Below, in pieces: positions 63,039 through 64,000 of a stretch of DNA of 64,000 bases (within the stretch, counting starts at the first letter, position 1; each line of letters starts with the position of its first letter). This DNA is from Thermoplasmata archaeon (GTDB lineage Archaea; Thermoplasmatota; Thermoplasmata; UBA10834). Position numbers and translations under genes: made by a program. Location of the stretch: the NCBI GenBank assembly GCA_041554135.1, contig JBFFML010000004.1, positions 37,340 to 101,339 on the forward strand. The letters are read 5' to 3'. The notes under the pieces were generated by a model that was not told the DNA's origin, did no database searches, and saw nothing but the letters and a program-made list of their open reading frames with translations.

Positions 63039-64000
63039 CTACACCCTCCTGAACAAGTTCACGACGACCGTCGCTCCCGTGCCGCCGACATTCTGTGTGA
63101 GGCCGATGCTGGCGTCCTTGACCTGTCTCTTACCGGCCTCTCCGCGCAGCTGGGTCACTATCTCCACGGCTTGCGCCACGCCAGTGGCGCCGATCGGGTC
63201 GCCCCTCGCCTTGAGCCCTCCCGATGTGTTGACGGCGACGTCGCCGTCGAACGAGGTCCTCCCCTCCTCGGTGGCCTTGCCACCCTCGCCTTTCGGGAAG
63301 AACCCGAGGTCCTCCACCGCCAGAATCTCGCTTATGGTGAAATTGTCGTGCACCTCCGCGACGGAGACGTCCTTCTGCGTCATCCCCGCCATGCTGAAAG
63401 CCCTCTGGGCGGCCAACCTCGTGGCGTCCATCGAGCAGATGTCCTTCCTGTGGTGCAGGGCGAGCGAGTCGCTCGCCTGTCCGGAGCCGATGATCTCGAC
63501 CGGCACATCAGCGTACTTCGTCGCGACATCGAGGGGGCAGAGCACGACCGCTGCGGCCCCGTCCGAGCTGGGCGCGCAGTCGAACACCCTGAGAGGAGAG
63601 GCCACCACTGGCGATCTCAGCACGACGTCGCGGCTTATCTCCCTTCGGAACTGGGCTTTCGGGTTCAACGACCCGTGCCTGTGGTTCTTCACGGCGACCT
63701 CCGCCAGCTGCTCCCTCGTGGTGCCGTAGTTGTGCATGTGCCTGGTCGCGATGAGCGCGTGCAGCCCGGCGAACGTGGCCCCGAGCTCGGTCTCCCACTC
63801 CTGGTCGGCCGCTGAGGACTGGATCATGGCGGATTCGAGGTCGCTCACGTCCGTCATCTTCTCCGCGCCGCCGACCACGACGATATCGTGGAGCCCGGAG
63901 GCCACGGCGAGAAAGCCCTGCCTGAGGGCCAGGCCCCCCGACGCGCCGGCGGCCTCGACCCTCGTCGCCGGTATGTGGTCCTTGGCAAGGCCGGAGTAGT
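63039..64000 (-). CDS. Acetyl-CoA acetyltransferase (archaeal thiolase), 5'-truncated by the window end
   Basis: Motifs VVGGAEKM and [17 protein letters not shown]. My translation of 63906-63998 continues in frame ([32 protein letters not shown]). The track's start at 63905 is therefore an internal GTG (Val). Confidence 0.85.
   Translation of the reverse strand, partial: YSGLAKDHIPATRVEAAGASGGLALRQGFLAVASGLHDIVVVGGAEKMTDVSDLESAMIQSSAADQEWETELGATFAGLHALIATRHMHNYGTTREQLAEVAVKNHRHGSLNPKAQFRREISRDVVLRSPVVASPLRVFDCAPSSDGAAAVVLCPLDVATKYADVPVEIIGSGQASDSLALHHRKDICSMDATRLAAQRAFSMAGMTQKDVSVAEVHDNFTISEILAVEDLGFFPKGEGGKATEEGRTSFDGDVAVNTSGGLKARGDPIGATGVAQAVEIVTQLRGEAGKRQVKDASIGLTQNVGGTGATVVVNLFRRV

Noticed and set aside
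1-64000. CRISPR arrays, transposases, integrases, prophage or plasmid genes, toxin-antitoxin pairs, in-frame stop codon recoding (Sec/Pyl)
   Set aside because: I looked for direct-repeat/spacer periodicity, terminal inverted repeats, DDE or tyrosine-recombinase motifs, and interrupted reading frames in hdrA and other genes. I found none. The only mobile element supported is the RNR intein.

Overview
GC-rich (by eye, not computed), densely packed archaeal chromosomal segment. The archaeal call rests on gene content: glycerol-1-phosphate dehydrogenase, membrane LonB, Hel308, Cgi121, archaeal-type NMN adenylyltransferase, SepF, RtcB, a thiolase/DUF35 pair and HdrA. It looks euryarchaeal or Thermoplasmatota-like, but the lineage cannot be fixed from the sequence alone. 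I support about 57 protein-coding genes, one tRNA-His(GUG) and one intein inside a class II ribonucleotide reductase. I saw no rRNA, CRISPR array, transposase, integrase or prophage signature. Many starts are GTG or TTG, and several neighbouring genes overlap by ATGA or TGATG, which suggests translational coupling. Because of the GC content, almost every real gene is shadowed by long antisense or off-frame ORFs in the track, and I rejected these. The most unusual content is as follows. (1) A co-directional trio of paralogous multi-zinc-ribbon genes (16575-21298) carries ten copies of one ribbon type: an acidic soluble protein, a protein with a histone-H1-like polycationic tail, and a 1143-aa membrane protein with an extracellular BNR-type domain and a PEF-CTERM-like anchor. 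(2) A 1507-aa cytoplasmic protein (53654-58177) is built from about 20 degenerate helical repeats and ends in a beta-sandwich plus an eight-ligand C4HC3 (RING/PHD-like) zinc finger. (3) A HEAT-repeat protein ends in an orphan class Ia aminoacyl-tRNA-synthetase anticodon-binding domain (10762-11928). (4) An unlisted 55-aa lysine-rich ORF lies at 6895-7062. (5) One polypeptide fuses MvhD, HdrC and HdrB and is coupled to hdrA. All functional calls come from motif recognition by eye, and no database search was run.
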